Shown: positions 9,448-20,587, numbered from the stretch's first letter. The stretch: 26,276 nt of DNA from a candidate division WOR-3 bacterium (GCA_039803745.1 JBDRZD010000027.1:1-26276), one strand, 5' to 3'. A program made the numbers and translations. The notes: a model not told the origin generated them from the sequence alone.

Positions 9448-10302
9448 ATGTATTTTCAGGATGTTATTTTAAAACTTATAGAATTTTGGAAGAAAAAGGG
9501 ATGCTTGGTTTTTCAAAGTTATAACTCTGAAGTTGGTGCAGGAACATTTAATCCTGCAACATTTTTAAGATGTTTAGGTCCTTATCCATGGAAATGTGTA
9601 TATGTTGAACCATCAAAAAGACCAAAAGATGCAAGATATGCTCAAAATCCAAATAGAGTATGCCAGTATTATCAATTACAGGTAATATTAAAGCCACCAC
9701 CTGAGAATGTTCAGGAAATCTATCTTGACAGTTTAAGAGCACTAAATATTGATCCTTCTTCCCATGATATAAGATTTGTTGAAGATAACTGGGAATCACC
9801 AACTCTTGGTGCATGGGGGGTTGGATGGGAGGTATGGCTTGATGGTCAGGAGATAACCCAGTTTACATATTTCCAGCAAATGGGTGGATTTGATTTAAAC
9901 CCTATAACCTGTGAGATAACTTATGGACTTGAAAGAATAACAATGTATCTTCAAAATAAGGATTCAATATTTGATATTGAATGGGCAAAGGGTATTACAT
10001 GGGGAGATATTTATAAAGAAAATGAAGAGGAATTTTCAGAATTTTATTATGAAATTGCAGATATTGATTTTTATCTTTATGAATTTTCAAAAATTGTTGA
10101 GGAAATAGAAATTTTACTTAAAAGAAAACTTTTATATCCTGCCTATCATAATGTTATTAAACTTTCTCATATTTTTAATATTCTTGATGCAAGAGGAGCA
10201 TTTTCACCAAAGGAAAGAAATTTAAGAATTTTAAAGATAAGGGAATATGCAAAGAGATGTGCAGAAATTTATCTTGAAAGAATAGGGGTTTTATCAAAAT
10301 GA
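9448..10302 (+). CDS. glyQ: Glycine--tRNA ligase alpha subunit
   Basis: [62 protein letters not shown]. Confidence 0.98.
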   Translation: MYFQDVILKLIEFWKKKGCLVFQSYNSEVGAGTFNPATFLRCLGPYPWKCVYVEPSKRPKDARYAQNPNRVCQYYQLQVILKPPPENVQEIYLDSLRALNIDPSSHDIRFVEDNWESPTLGAWGVGWEVWLDGQEITQFTYFQQMGGFDLNPITCEITYGLERITMYLQNKDSIFDIEWAKGITWGDIYKENEEEFSEFYYEIADIDFYLYEFSKIVEEIEILLKRKLLYPAYHNVIKLSHIFNILDARGAFSPKERNLRILKIREYAKRCAEIYLERIGVLSK

Positions 10303-12392
10303 AGAATTTCCTTCTTGAGATAGGTGTGGAAGAACTTCCCCCTTTTTTAGTTAAAGAGGGTGAAGGGATTTTAAAGGAAAGTTTTTTAAAATTTTGTGAG
10401 GAAAATTTAATTGATCTTTATGAAATTAAAACATTTTCCTCTCCAAGAAGATGGGCAATAAAGGCAAGAATGAGTAGTAAACAGAAGGAAATTGAAGAGA
10501 TAGCAGTTGGTCCACCAAAAAATATAAGTATTGATGAAAGTGGCAACTTTTTGATGCCAGCAATTAAATTTGCTGAAAGTAAAGGAAAAAGAAAAGAAGA
10601 TTTATTTGTTTTAAAAAAGGAAAAGGGTGAATATGTTGCAGTTAAGATAAAAAAAGGCGGGGAAAATGTTAAACACATACTTATTTCAAAGTTGCCTGAA
10701 TTCATTAAATCTTTAAAATTTCCCTTAATGATGAACTTTGGGAAATCCTTTTTATTTCCAAGACCTATTAGATGGATACTCTGCCTTTTTGATGGTAAAG
10801 TTTTAAAATTTGAAATAGATGGAATAAAATCAGGTAATAAAACAAAGGGTAATAGGTTAAATGGTGATAAATGGATAAGGATAAAAAATGAAGAGGAATA
10901 TGAGAAGATTTTAAAAGAGAATTTTGTCTTTCCTGATTTTGAAGAAAGGAAAAGAATAATCCTTGAAAAGGCAAAAAAAATTGCAGAAGAAAAAAATGGT
11001 TTCCTATTTTATGATGATAAACTGCTTGATGAAGTTACAGGACTTGTTGAATATCCGGGTCTTTTGATTGGTAAGTTTCCTGAAAAATATCTTGAATTGC
11101 CAGAAGATTTCATAATAACTGCTATGAGGGTTCACCAGAGATATTTTGCAATAAAAGATAAAAATGGTAAAATCCTCCCATATTTTATTACCTGTATAAA
11201 TAATGATGAGAAAAAGGTAAAAGGTATTATAGAAAATTTTGAGAAAGTTTTAATTGCAAGACTTGAGGATGCAGAGTTTTATATGAAAGAGGATTTAAAA
11301 GTTCCCCTTGAAAAAAGAATTGAAATTTTGAAGGAAATTTACTGGGATGAAGAACTGGGAAGTGTTTATGACAAAGTTTTAAGAATGAAAAAATTCTTTG
11401 AAAGTATTTATTTTGAAGATATTGATAGAGAAATAGTTGAAAGGGCACTAATCCTTTCAAGAACCGATTTAACAACTGAAATGATTAAGGATGGAAAGGA
11501 ATTTACCCTTTTAGAAGGAATTGTTGCATCAGAATATGCAAAAAGACAGGGTGAGAATGAAAAAGTTGTTAAAATATTGAGGGAATTTTTAAAACCAAAA
11601 AGTGCAGAAGATTCTTTACCTGAATTAAAGGAATCAGCAATTCTTGGGATAATTGATAGATGGGATTCTTTCATTGGCTATTTTTTAAAAGGATATAGAC
11701 CAACTGGTTCAAAGGATCCACTTGGTTTAAAAAAGATTCTTTACGGATTTTTTGACCTTTTAATTCATTTTAAATTAAAATTTTCTATAAAAGAATGGAT
11801 AGAAAAAATGATGGAGATTTATAATAGAGAAGCAGATTCAGAGGAAATTTCAAGATATTTATTTGAAAGATATGATACATATCTTGAAGAAAAAAGAAAT
11901 ATAAGATATGATATAGCAGATGCTGTGATTTCAGGTGGTGATGACAACCTTTATAGAATTTATCTTAAGGCATATTTTTTAAATGAATATTATAAAAAGG
12001 ATAAGGAAACATTTCTTGGTGTTGTTATAGGACAGAAAAGGGTAAGAAATATAATTGAAGATGAAAATATAGATTTTATTTTAAATCCTTCAATTTTTGA
12101 AAAAGAGGAGGAAAAGAAACTTTTTAATAAGATGGAAGAGATAAAAGAAGAATATATAAAGAGTTTAAAGGAAGAAAGGTTTGAAGACTCTATTTTATAT
12201 CTTTTTTCTCTTAAACCTTATATTGATAAATTTTTTGATAATGTGTTTGTAATGACAGAAAATATAACTTTAAGAAAAAACAGGCTTTCCCTTTTAAAAA
12301 ATTTAAAAAATTTGTTTGATCAATATGCTGATTTTTCAAAAATTTCTGTAAGTTTAAAAGAATTGGAAGAAATTAAAAAGGAGGAAGGATGA
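10299..12392 (+). CDS. glyS: Glycine--tRNA ligase beta subunit
   Basis: [55 protein letters not shown]…NRL; follows glyQ. Confidence 0.97.
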   Translation: MKNFLLEIGVEELPPFLVKEGEGILKESFLKFCEENLIDLYEIKTFSSPRRWAIKARMSSKQKEIEEIAVGPPKNISIDESGNFLMPAIKFAESKGKRKEDLFVLKKEKGEYVAVKIKKGGENVKHILISKLPEFIKSLKFPLMMNFGKSFLFPRPIRWILCLFDGKVLKFEIDGIKSGNKTKGNRLNGDKWIRIKNEEEYEKILKENFVFPDFEERKRIILEKAKKIAEEKNGFLFYDDKLLDEVTGLVEYPGLLIGKFPEKYLELPEDFIITAMRVHQRYFAIKDKNGKILPYFITCINNDEKKVKGIIENFEKVLIARLEDAEFYMKEDLKVPLEKRIEILKEIYWDEELGSVYDKVLRMKKFFESIYFEDIDREIVERALILSRTDLTTEMIKDGKEFTLLEGIVASEYAKRQGENEKVVKILREFLKPKSAEDSLPELKESAILGIIDRWDSFIGYFLKGYRPTGSKDPLGLKKILYGFFDLLIHFKLKFSIKEWIEKMMEIYNREADSEEISRYLFERYDTYLEEKRNIRYDIADAVISGGDDNLYRIYLKAYFLNEYYKKDKETFLGVVIGQKRVRNIIEDENIDFILNPSIFEKEEEKKLFNKMEEIKEEYIKSLKEERFEDSILYLFSLKPYIDKFFDNVFVMTENITLRKNRLSLLKNLKNLFDQYADFSKISVSLKELEEIKKEEG

Positions 12393-13147
12393 AAATATTT
12401 GTTCTTGTAAAAAGAGTTCCTGATACAGGTATTCCGTTAAGGGTAAGGAGTGATAGAAAAGGGATAGATAAGGAGGGTATTCCTTATGTTATAAATCCCT
12501 ATGATGAGTATGCTGTTGAGGCTGCTTTAAGGGTAAAAGAAAAAAAGGGAGAAGGTGAAGTAACTATACTTTCATGTGGTGATGAAAGTTCAAATGAAGT
12601 TATAAGGCATGCACTTGCAATGGGTGCTGATAAAGGTGTTCTCCTTAAAGTGAATGGTGAAATAGATGATTCAATTCAAACAGGTAAAATAATAGGTGAA
12701 TATCTTTTAAATGAAAAACCTGATTTAATCCTTATGGGCAAAAAATCCGTTGATTACGATAGGGGTGTTATACCTGCTTTAATTTCTGAGATTTTAAATA
12801 TTCCCCTTATCTCATGTGCAGTGAATATTGATATGAAAGATTCAAAATTTATTTTAGAAAGGGAAACAGAATATGGTGTTGAAGTTATTGAAGGAGAAGC
12901 CCCCCTTATTATTTCATTTGAAAAGGCAAAATTTGAACCAAGATTTCCCTCTTTAAGAGGTGTTATGATGGCTAAGAAAAAAACCATTGAGATTAAAGAG
13001 ATAAATAAAATGCCAGAAAAAAGTGTTGAGATAATGAGTTATGAACCGCCACCTGAAAGAAAGAAAGGAAAGATAATAGACCTTCCATTCCCTGATAATG
13101 TAAAGGAACTTGTGAGACTTTTAAAGGAAGAAGCAAAAGTAATATAG
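12389..13147 (+). CDS. etfB: Electron transfer flavoprotein beta subunit
   Basis: VKRVPD, INPYDEYAVEAAL, ALAMGAD, GKKSVD, EPRFPSLRGVMMAKKK. Confidence 0.95.
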   Translation: MKIFVLVKRVPDTGIPLRVRSDRKGIDKEGIPYVINPYDEYAVEAALRVKEKKGEGEVTILSCGDESSNEVIRHALAMGADKGVLLKVNGEIDDSIQTGKIIGEYLLNEKPDLILMGKKSVDYDRGVIPALISEILNIPLISCAVNIDMKDSKFILERETEYGVEVIEGEAPLIISFEKAKFEPRFPSLRGVMMAKKKTIEIKEINKMPEKSVEIMSYEPPPERKKGKIIDLPFPDNVKELVRLLKEEAKVI

Positions 13148-13156
13148 GAGGTTAAA

Positions 13157-14104
13157 ATGAATATTGGTGTTTTTATTGAACATGATGGAAAAGAATTTAA
13201 AAAGATTTCTCTTGAGGTTTTAGGAGGTGCTTCAAAGATAGCACTTGATAAAAATGGAAAGGTTTTTGCCTTTGTTTTTGGGAATATAGATAAGATTGAT
13301 AAACTATTCTCAAAAGGTGCTGATAAGATATTTTATTTTAAAGGTGAAAATCTTTATAAGCCTGAAACATTTTCAAATTTAATTAAGGAAGTTTCTCAAA
13401 AAGAGAATATTAAATTATTAATGCTGGGAAGCACAATAAACGGAAGGGACCTTGCAGCAAGATTATGTGCAAAAATGGGTTCTTCTTTCGGACAGGAGGT
13501 TGTTGATTTAAAATTTGAAGATGGGGATTTGCTTATAAAAAGACCTGTTTTTGCAGGAAAGGCATATGTATGGGAGAAATTTTTAATTGATAAAATTGTC
13601 CTTGTTATAAGACCAAATGTTTTTGGAATAGTTGAAAGGGAAGGTAAAGGTGAAATTGTAGAAAAAGAGATTGTAGAGAGTGAAAGAGTTAAAATTTTAG
13701 AGTTAAAACCTAAAAAAGAAGAAGAGATTGATGTTACAGAGGCTGACATAATTGTTTCAGGGGGAAGAGGAGTAGGTGGGCCTGATGGATTTATTCCTTT
13801 AAGGAAACTTGCAAAACTTCTGAATGCAGCAGTTGGTGCATCAAGGGCTGCTGTTGATTCAGGATGGATTGAACATTCCCATCAGGTAGGTCAGACAGGG
13901 AAAACAGTTTCTCCATCATTATATATTGCCTGTGGAATTTCAGGTGCAATGCAACATATTGCTGGAATGAGAACATCAAAGGTTATTGTTGCAATAAATA
14001 AAGATCCTAATGCACCAATTTTTGAAATTGCCGATTATGGAATAGTTGGTGATTTATTTGAAATTGTTCCTGCACTTTATGATGAGATAAGTAAAACAAG
14101 GTGA
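13157..14104 (+). CDS. etfA: Electron transfer flavoprotein alpha subunit
   Basis: IIVSGGRG, VGASRAAVDSGW, QVGQTGKTV, YIACGISGAMQH, AINKDPNAPIF…ADYGIVGD. Confidence 0.96.
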   Translation: MNIGVFIEHDGKEFKKISLEVLGGASKIALDKNGKVFAFVFGNIDKIDKLFSKGADKIFYFKGENLYKPETFSNLIKEVSQKENIKLLMLGSTINGRDLAARLCAKMGSSFGQEVVDLKFEDGDLLIKRPVFAGKAYVWEKFLIDKIVLVIRPNVFGIVEREGKGEIVEKEIVESERVKILELKPKKEEEIDVTEADIIVSGGRGVGGPDGFIPLRKLAKLLNAAVGASRAAVDSGWIEHSHQVGQTGKTVSPSLYIACGISGAMQHIAGMRTSKVIVAINKDPNAPIFEIADYGIVGDLFEIVPALYDEISKTR

Positions 14105-16827
14105 AAAAATTTTTTTTAATTTTAATAATCTTAAATTTTTTAAATGGAGATTATGTTATTCAAAAAACATGGAAGGATGGTCCAGGAATTTTTTATACTC
14201 AAAATTTAACAGGTTTTTTTAAAGGGAAAAACATTGATTATTTTAAAGAAAATGGTTTTAAACTTCTTGAAAACAATTTTTTTATGTTTTATCCAAAAGG
14301 AATTTTTGGGAATTATGGCACAATAAATAAAATATTTGCTTTAAATTCTGATACTGTTTTCATTTCTGTTTCAATTCCGGATACAACAAAAATATTCTAT
14401 ACCTTTTTTTATAAAGGGTTTGCAAGCAATCAATACTTTAAAATAGATGGTAGTTTAAGGGACATGATAAAATTTTTAAACAGGTTATGGATTGGAACAT
14501 ACGATAAAATATACTATACTTTGATTTCAAATTTTCCACCACAGCCAATTTTGCATACTTCCTGGGTAAATGATTTCAAAAATTTTGTTTTATTTCAAAA
14601 TAATTTATACTTCATTCAGGGTAGTGGAAGATGTGTGAGAAAATACAATTCGGGGACAAATTCCTTTGATATTGTTTATACCTTTAATTATAATGAGGTC
14701 CATGAACTGATTCATGTTTTTTCTGACAGTGTAAGAATATTTATACTTGCAAAAAAGGATAGTATATGGAAAATTTATAAATCCTATAATGGATATTCCT
14801 ATTCAAGGATAAATTCACCTCCTGATTCATTTGGATATGTATTTAAGGGAATATCAAGGGGAAATGATATATTTGTTTTAATAAAATCACCACCTAAAAT
14901 TTTTAAATATAGTTTTTCGGATTCCATATGGGAAAAAGTTTTAACAGGAGATGAATATACATCTTTTGAAGATATAGAAAAAGGGAAAGATGGAATTATA
15001 TATGTTCTTGCAAGAAGGGCAATAGAGCCAAAAAATATTTTATTTTCCTCTTATGATGGAAAAGAATTTTATATATGTGATATTCTTGATAATTCCCTTG
15101 AAGGTTTGAATCCAAAATGCATTTCTTATATAAAAAATGGTCATTTTTATATAGGAACAGAAAATGAGCCACAGATTTTATATTCTGTTTTTCCAAAAAA
15201 TGCTTTTTTAATTTCCTCTGTTATTTCCTTTAAAAAGGGAAATTCTTACCCTGTTTATGAAAAATTTAAAATGTTTAAAAATGGTGGGGATGTAAAATTT
15301 AAGGTAAGAACATTTTCTGATTCCCTTTCCCCTGATACAATTTCATGGAATTCAATTCCCTATGCCGATTCAATAATTTTAAATTATTCAGGAATAAATC
15401 AGGGTGAAAAATATTTTGAGTATATGCTTGAAATCTATCCCTATTCACAAATAAATCCCTTTAATTTTGATTCCCTAAAGATTTTTTACCATTATGATTC
15501 AGTTGGTCCTTATTTAATAAAGGCAATTGCCTCTGATGGTGAAGATGAAATGAATGGTAAAGATCCTGATGATAGGGTTATTATTGTATTTGATGAACCA
15601 ACAGAAAAACCAGAAATAAATAAATTTAATGTTGATTCAATTTTTCCACTTTCAAATAACCATTCATGGCTGAATATATACGGGGATTTTGGGGGAGCAG
15701 AATGGAATGAATATGGTGATACTTTAACAATTTTTCTTTCCTATTCAGGAAACAATTATCCAACAGTTTCAGTTGGAGATACTTTAAAAGCAAAGATAAA
15801 AGATAGGTTTGGTTTTTATAATGAATCGTATTGTTTAATTGAGGGGAGTTTTGATGATGTAAGAGGTCCAAAGATTAAAAAAAGTATTGCTTCTGATGGG
15901 GAGATTAAAGAAAATGGTATTGATCAGGATGATTACCTAATAGTTGTTTTTAATGAAAATACAAATATGCCTGACTTTGATACAGTTGACATAAATCTTG
16001 TTCTTAAATTATCTTCCGGACATACTTTTGGAGACTCTGTTAATGCAGAATGGATAAATCCATGTTCCCTTATAATAAACCTGATTCCTTCTGCTAACCC
16101 TTTAATTTATAAGGGTGATACAATATATCCATCAGGAATTTATTTAAAGGACTCACTTGGTAATCCTGCTTATGGATTTGCAATAATTGAAGGGACATTT
16201 GATGAAAAAATTCCTAAATGTGATTCAATAATTTTATATGAGAATGATTATAAAAATATGAATCTTGATTATGATGATTTTGTGGTTTTTTATTTTTCAG
16301 AAGATTTAAAAATGAATAGAGAAATTACAAATTTGAATATAGACCATGCTTTTAAATTATCAAAAAATCATACATGGGTTTCAGGAAATGGGAAGATTGG
16401 CGAGATAATATTTAATAAAAACATTTTGATTGTTTTCTTTAACTTTGAAATTTCTCCCCCATCAATTTCTCCATATGATACTGTCTATATAAATTCCATT
16501 TATTTTTCTGATTATGGAGGTAATGAGTTATGCGATACAAATATCATAATTTATAGAAGCGGAATACCTCCACTCAATGAATTTAACCTTATTTCTGAAA
16601 AATTTTTTATAAATTTTCCCTTTAAAAAAGATATAATTTTCTATCAGGATTTAAAAGATGTTGAAATAAAGGTGTATGATGTTGCAGGAAGATGTTTAAA
16701 TAGTTTAAAATTAAAATGTGTGAAAAAAGGTGAAAAGTTTGAGTTTAAAAACCTTAAAAAAGGAATTTATTTTTTAGAAATAAAGATAAAAGATAGAAAA
16801 GAAATTTGTAAAAAAATTTTACTATGA
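14101..16827 (+). CDS. Large secreted/surface protein: probable N-terminal beta-propeller-like region, three tandem ~117-aa repeats, T9SS-like CTD
   Basis: GTG start overlapping the etfA stop; signal-like MKKFFLILIILNFLNG; internal repeats; C-terminal VYDVAGR…KKGIYFLEIK. Confidence 0.78.
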   Translation: MKKFFLILIILNFLNGDYVIQKTWKDGPGIFYTQNLTGFFKGKNIDYFKENGFKLLENNFFMFYPKGIFGNYGTINKIFALNSDTVFISVSIPDTTKIFYTFFYKGFASNQYFKIDGSLRDMIKFLNRLWIGTYDKIYYTLISNFPPQPILHTSWVNDFKNFVLFQNNLYFIQGSGRCVRKYNSGTNSFDIVYTFNYNEVHELIHVFSDSVRIFILAKKDSIWKIYKSYNGYSYSRINSPPDSFGYVFKGISRGNDIFVLIKSPPKIFKYSFSDSIWEKVLTGDEYTSFEDIEKGKDGIIYVLARRAIEPKNILFSSYDGKEFYICDILDNSLEGLNPKCISYIKNGHFYIGTENEPQILYSVFPKNAFLISSVISFKKGNSYPVYEKFKMFKNGGDVKFKVRTFSDSLSPDTISWNSIPYADSIILNYSGINQGEKYFEYMLEIYPYSQINPFNFDSLKIFYHYDSVGPYLIKAIASDGEDEMNGKDPDDRVIIVFDEPTEKPEINKFNVDSIFPLSNNHSWLNIYGDFGGAEWNEYGDTLTIFLSYSGNNYPTVSVGDTLKAKIKDRFGFYNESYCLIEGSFDDVRGPKIKKSIASDGEIKENGIDQDDYLIVVFNENTNMPDFDTVDINLVLKLSSGHTFGDSVNAEWINPCSLIINLIPSANPLIYKGDTIYPSGIYLKDSLGNPAYGFAIIEGTFDEKIPKCDSIILYENDYKNMNLDYDDFVVFYFSEDLKMNREITNLNIDHAFKLSKNHTWVSGNGKIGEIIFNKNILIVFFNFEISPPSISPYDTVYINSIYFSDYGGNELCDTNIIIYRSGIPPLNEFNLISEKFFINFPFKKDIIFYQDLKDVEIKVYDVAGRCLNSLKLKCVKKGEKFEFKNLKKGIYFLEIKIKDRKEICKKILL

Positions 16828-17765
16828 AAATTTTACTTACAGGAGGAGCAGGTTTTATTGGTTCATGGGTTGCTGAAAAATATATTGAAAAGGGGTATAA
16901 GGTTTTTATTGTTGATAATTTATCCACGGGAAGAAAAGAATTTATTCCAAAAGATGCTATTTTTTATGAAGTTGATATAAGGGATAAAGAGAAAATGGAA
17001 AAAATTTTTAAAGAGAATAAATTTGACATTATTAACCATCATGCAGCCCAAACATCTGTAAATGTTTCAATTCAAAATCCCTATGAGGATTTTATAAATA
17101 ATGTTTATGGTTCAATGATTTTACTTGAACTTTCAAGAAAATATGGAGTTTCAAAGTTTATATTTGCTTCTTCAGGTGGAGCAATATATGGAGAGCCCTT
17201 AAATAATCCTGTTTCAGAAGAGCATTATCTTTTACCCCTTTCACCTTATGGATTTTCAAAAATGGTTTTTGAAAAATATTTAGATTATTATCATGAAAAA
17301 TATGGAATAAATTATATTTCTTTAAGATATGGAAATGTTTATGGACCAAGGCAAAGCCCTTTTGGAGAAGCAGGAGTTATTGCAATATTTGGTTATAGAA
17401 TGCTAAAAAATGAAAACTGTTATATATATGGTGATGGAGAACAGACAAGGGATTTTGTTTATGTTGAAGATGTTGCAGAGGCAAATTTAAAGGCAACAGA
17501 ATTTATTTTTAAAGAAAATGGAGTCTCTTTTAAAATAAATATAGGAAGTGGTATTCCATTATCAGTTAATGAAATTTTCAAAGTCTTATCAAAAAGGACA
17601 AATTATAAAAAAGAGCCTGTATATAAGCCAAGAAGGGAAGGGGAGGTTTACAGGATTTATCTTGATGTAAAAAAGGCAAGGGAAATTTTAGGATGGGAGG
17701 CAAAAACAAAATTTGAAGAAGGAATTGAAAAAGTGATTGAATATTTTAAAAATGAAAGAAATTAA
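16824..17765 (+). CDS. NAD-dependent epimerase/dehydratase (UDP-glucose 4-epimerase-like, extended SDR)
   Basis: TGGAGFIG, HHAAQ, ASSGGAIYG, YGFSK (YxxxK), LRYGNVYGPRQ, GDGEQTRDFVYVEDVA. Confidence 0.92.
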   Translation: MKILLTGGAGFIGSWVAEKYIEKGYKVFIVDNLSTGRKEFIPKDAIFYEVDIRDKEKMEKIFKENKFDIINHHAAQTSVNVSIQNPYEDFINNVYGSMILLELSRKYGVSKFIFASSGGAIYGEPLNNPVSEEHYLLPLSPYGFSKMVFEKYLDYYHEKYGINYISLRYGNVYGPRQSPFGEAGVIAIFGYRMLKNENCYIYGDGEQTRDFVYVEDVAEANLKATEFIFKENGVSFKINIGSGIPLSVNEIFKVLSKRTNYKKEPVYKPRREGEVYRIYLDVKKAREILGWEAKTKFEEGIEKVIEYFKNERN

Positions 17766-19110
17766 AGAAGCGCGTACAGAGCCACACGCAATTGATATTG
17801 AAATGGCTGTTCTGGGCTCTATGATGAGTTCCCAGCAGGCTCTTTATAAAGGGCTTGAAATGCTAACTCCTGAAGTATTTTATCAACCAAATCATAGAAT
17901 AATATTTGAGGTTATAAGAGATATAGCAGAGGGTGCAGCAGGAATAAAAAGGATACCTGATCTTTTAACTGTTAAAGATGAACTTGAAAGAAGGGGTAAA
18001 CTTGAAGAAGCAGGTGGAGCAGCATATCTTGCAACATTACTTGAAGAAGTTATAAACCCTGAATACATAGAGGAGCATGCAAAGATAATAATAGAAAAAT
18101 TTCTATATAGAAAAACTATTGAAATATGTAATAAAGTAATGAAAGAATGTTATGATGAAAAGAAAGAGGCAGAAGAAATTCTTGATGAAGCAGATGCAAT
18201 GCTTTTTGGTATAAGAGCTTATAAATTAAAAGGGGGATTTATTCATCTAAAGGACCTTTTAAGACCCTTTTTTGAAGAACTCACCCATATAATGGAGGGA
18301 AGGGGGGTTGAACTTCCAAGTGGTTTTCATGAACTTGATCTTTTAACAACTGGTTTTCATAAAGGTGATTTTATTGTGATTGCATCAAGACCTGCAATGG
18401 GTAAAACAAGTTTTGCTTTAAACATAATGAAGAATTTAGCCGCTGATTTTGGTAAGCCTGTTGGATTTTTCAGTATTGAAATGCCAAAAGATCAGATTGT
18501 TCAGAGGCTTTTATGTATGGAATCAAATATTGAGATGCAAAAATTAAGGAAAGGAGAAATAACACCACAGGAATTTTTAAAACTTTCAGAAGCAGCTGAA
18601 AGACTGAAATCTGCTCCAATTTATATTGATGATACCCCTAAAATTTCCCTTCAAGAATTAAGGGCAAAAACAAGAAGGGCATGTAAAGAATATAACCTTT
18701 CTGCAGTTTTTATTGATTTCTTGCAGGTTATTGAAGCACCAAAAATGGAAACAAGACAGCAGCAGATTGCTTATATTTCAGCATCATTAAAATCACTTGC
18801 AATGGAACTCAATATCCCTGTTATAGCACTTGCTCAACTTTCAAGAGAAGTTGAAAAAAGAGCGGATAAAAGACCTCAACTCGCAGATTTAAGAGAATCA
18901 GGAGCAATAGAGCAGGATGCAGATATGGTGATATTTTTATTTAGAGAAGATTTTTATGAGCCTTATACTTCAGAAGAAGGGGTTGCAGAGATAATTGTTG
19001 GTAAAAATAGAAATGGTCCTGTAGGAACTGTTAGATTAGGATTTATAAAAGAATACATGAAATTTGTTAATTTATCTTCTCTTGAAAGGGGAGAGACTGA
19101 ATTTCTATGA
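17752..19110 (+). CDS. dnaB: Replicative DNA helicase
   Basis: PH…EMAVLG, SRPAMGKT (Walker A), FFSIEM, IDFLQ, LAQLSR, LADLRESGAIEQDAD, KNRNGP. ATG 17752 is preferred over the TTG at 17737. Confidence 0.97.
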   Translation: MKEIKEARTEPHAIDIEMAVLGSMMSSQQALYKGLEMLTPEVFYQPNHRIIFEVIRDIAEGAAGIKRIPDLLTVKDELERRGKLEEAGGAAYLATLLEEVINPEYIEEHAKIIIEKFLYRKTIEICNKVMKECYDEKKEAEEILDEADAMLFGIRAYKLKGGFIHLKDLLRPFFEELTHIMEGRGVELPSGFHELDLLTTGFHKGDFIVIASRPAMGKTSFALNIMKNLAADFGKPVGFFSIEMPKDQIVQRLLCMESNIEMQKLRKGEITPQEFLKLSEAAERLKSAPIYIDDTPKISLQELRAKTRRACKEYNLSAVFIDFLQVIEAPKMETRQQQIAYISASLKSLAMELNIPVIALAQLSREVEKRADKRPQLADLRESGAIEQDADMVIFLFREDFYEPYTSEEGVAEIIVGKNRNGPVGTVRLGFIKEYMKFVNLSSLERGETEFL

Positions 19111-19856
19111 AGATAATTTACTCTCTTCTTTATGAAATGGGTGGTTTTGTAAATTCCTTTATAAAAATGATTTTTTATTTAAAAGAAATAAATAAAGTTA
19201 AAAAAGAAATAATATTTCAAATATATGAAATAGGCTTAAATTCATTACCCCTTGTAATATTCATTTCAGCTTTTTTGGGTATGGTTGCCTCAGTTCAGAC
19301 TGCATATCAAATAAGGGATTTTGTTCCACTGATATACCTTGGTGCTGGTGTTGCTAAAGGAGTAATGATTGAACTTGGTCCTGTTATAACAGGTCTTGTT
19401 GTTGCTGGAAGGGTAAGTTCTGGTATTGCAGCAGAAATAGGAACTATGAAGGTAACAGAGCAGATTGATGCTCTTGAAGTTATGGGCATATCTCCTTATA
19501 GATTTTTATTTCTTCCAAGGGTTTTTGCGGGCATGCTTGCATTACCAATGCTTACAATAATTTCTGATATCATTGCTATTTTATCAGGGATGTGGATTTC
19601 AAATTTTACAGGTATAACAAATTATGAGACATTTGCAAGGGGAGCAAAACTTTTCTTTTTACCAAAAGACCTTTTTGGTGGACTTTTTAAAGCATCCATA
19701 TTTGGCATTATCCTATCCTTTTCAGGTTCTTTTTATGGTATTGAAACAAAGGGTGGTGCTCAGGGAGTGGGAATTTCAGCAACAAAAGCAGTTGTTACAT
19801 CCTGTCTTTTAATTTTGGTATTTGATTATTTAATTGGAATTTTGATATACGGATGA
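19107..19856 (+). CDS. mlaE: MlaE-family ABC transporter permease
   Basis: ELGPVITGLVVAGRVSSGIAAEIGTMKVTEQIDALEVMG, PR, GGAQGVG…AVV. Confidence 0.92.
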   Translation: MKIIYSLLYEMGGFVNSFIKMIFYLKEINKVKKEIIFQIYEIGLNSLPLVIFISAFLGMVASVQTAYQIRDFVPLIYLGAGVAKGVMIELGPVITGLVVAGRVSSGIAAEIGTMKVTEQIDALEVMGISPYRFLFLPRVFAGMLALPMLTIISDIIAILSGMWISNFTGITNYETFARGAKLFFLPKDLFGGLFKASIFGIILSFSGSFYGIETKGGAQGVGISATKAVVTSCLLILVFDYLIGILIYG

Positions 19857-20575
19857 TAAGGGTAAAAGACCTTTATGTAAGTTTTGAATTTCCAGTTTTA
19901 AAAGGAATAAATATAAATATAGAAGATAATGAATTTCTTGTGATTTTAGGAAAAAGTGGTTCCGGGAAGACAGTATTCATAAAAACAATTGTTGGTCTTA
20001 TAAAACCGGAGAGAGGAGAAATATACATTGATGATGTAAAAATTACGAACGGGAATATCAAAGAAACCTTAAAGGCAAGAAAAAATATAGGTTTTGTATT
20101 TCAGGGTTCAGCACTTTTTGATTCATTAAATGTTTTTGAAAATATTGCTTTGCCTTTAAGAGAACATTTTCATTTAACAAAAAAAGAAATAGAGATGAGG
20201 GTTAAAAGAGCGCTTGAACTTGTTGAACTTGAAGGGATTGAAAAGTTATATCCTTCTGAACTTTCAGGTGGAATGAAAAAAAGGGTTGCACTTGCAAGAG
20301 CAATAGTTTATGAGGCTAAGTATATCTTCCTTGATGAACCAACAACAGGACTTGATCCTGAAACATCTCTTAAGATTACGAATCTTTTAAAAGAATTATG
20401 GGGTAAAATAAAAGGAACATTCATAGCAGTAACTCATGATTTTGGATTTACAGAAGAGGTAGCAACAAGAATAGCATGGCTTAAAGATGGGAAATTTGAG
20501 TTTATTGGTGATGTTGAGAATTTTAAGAAAATAGATATGAAAGAAGTTCATGCTTATTTTATGAAAACATTTTAA
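19853..20575 (+). CDS. mlaF: MlaF-like ABC transporter ATP-binding protein
   Basis: GKSGSGKT, FQGSALFDSL, PSELSGGMKKRVALARA, LDEPTTGLDP, VTHD; adjacent to mlaE. Confidence 0.9.
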   Translation: MIRVKDLYVSFEFPVLKGININIEDNEFLVILGKSGSGKTVFIKTIVGLIKPERGEIYIDDVKITNGNIKETLKARKNIGFVFQGSALFDSLNVFENIALPLREHFHLTKKEIEMRVKRALELVELEGIEKLYPSELSGGMKKRVALARAIVYEAKYIFLDEPTTGLDPETSLKITNLLKELWGKIKGTFIAVTHDFGFTEEVATRIAWLKDGKFEFIGDVENFKKIDMKEVHAYFMKTF

Positions 20576-20587
20576 AAAGGAGGGAAT

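Noticed and set aside
12389..14104. Bifurcating Etf or Fix nitrogen-fixation module
   Set aside because: No acyl-CoA dehydrogenase, fixC/fixX or nif genes adjacent; the subtype cannot be assigned from this window.
17737..19110. Intein in DnaB / TTG start at 17737
   Set aside because: Normal length with contiguous motifs; ATG 17752 gives a more typical N-terminus.
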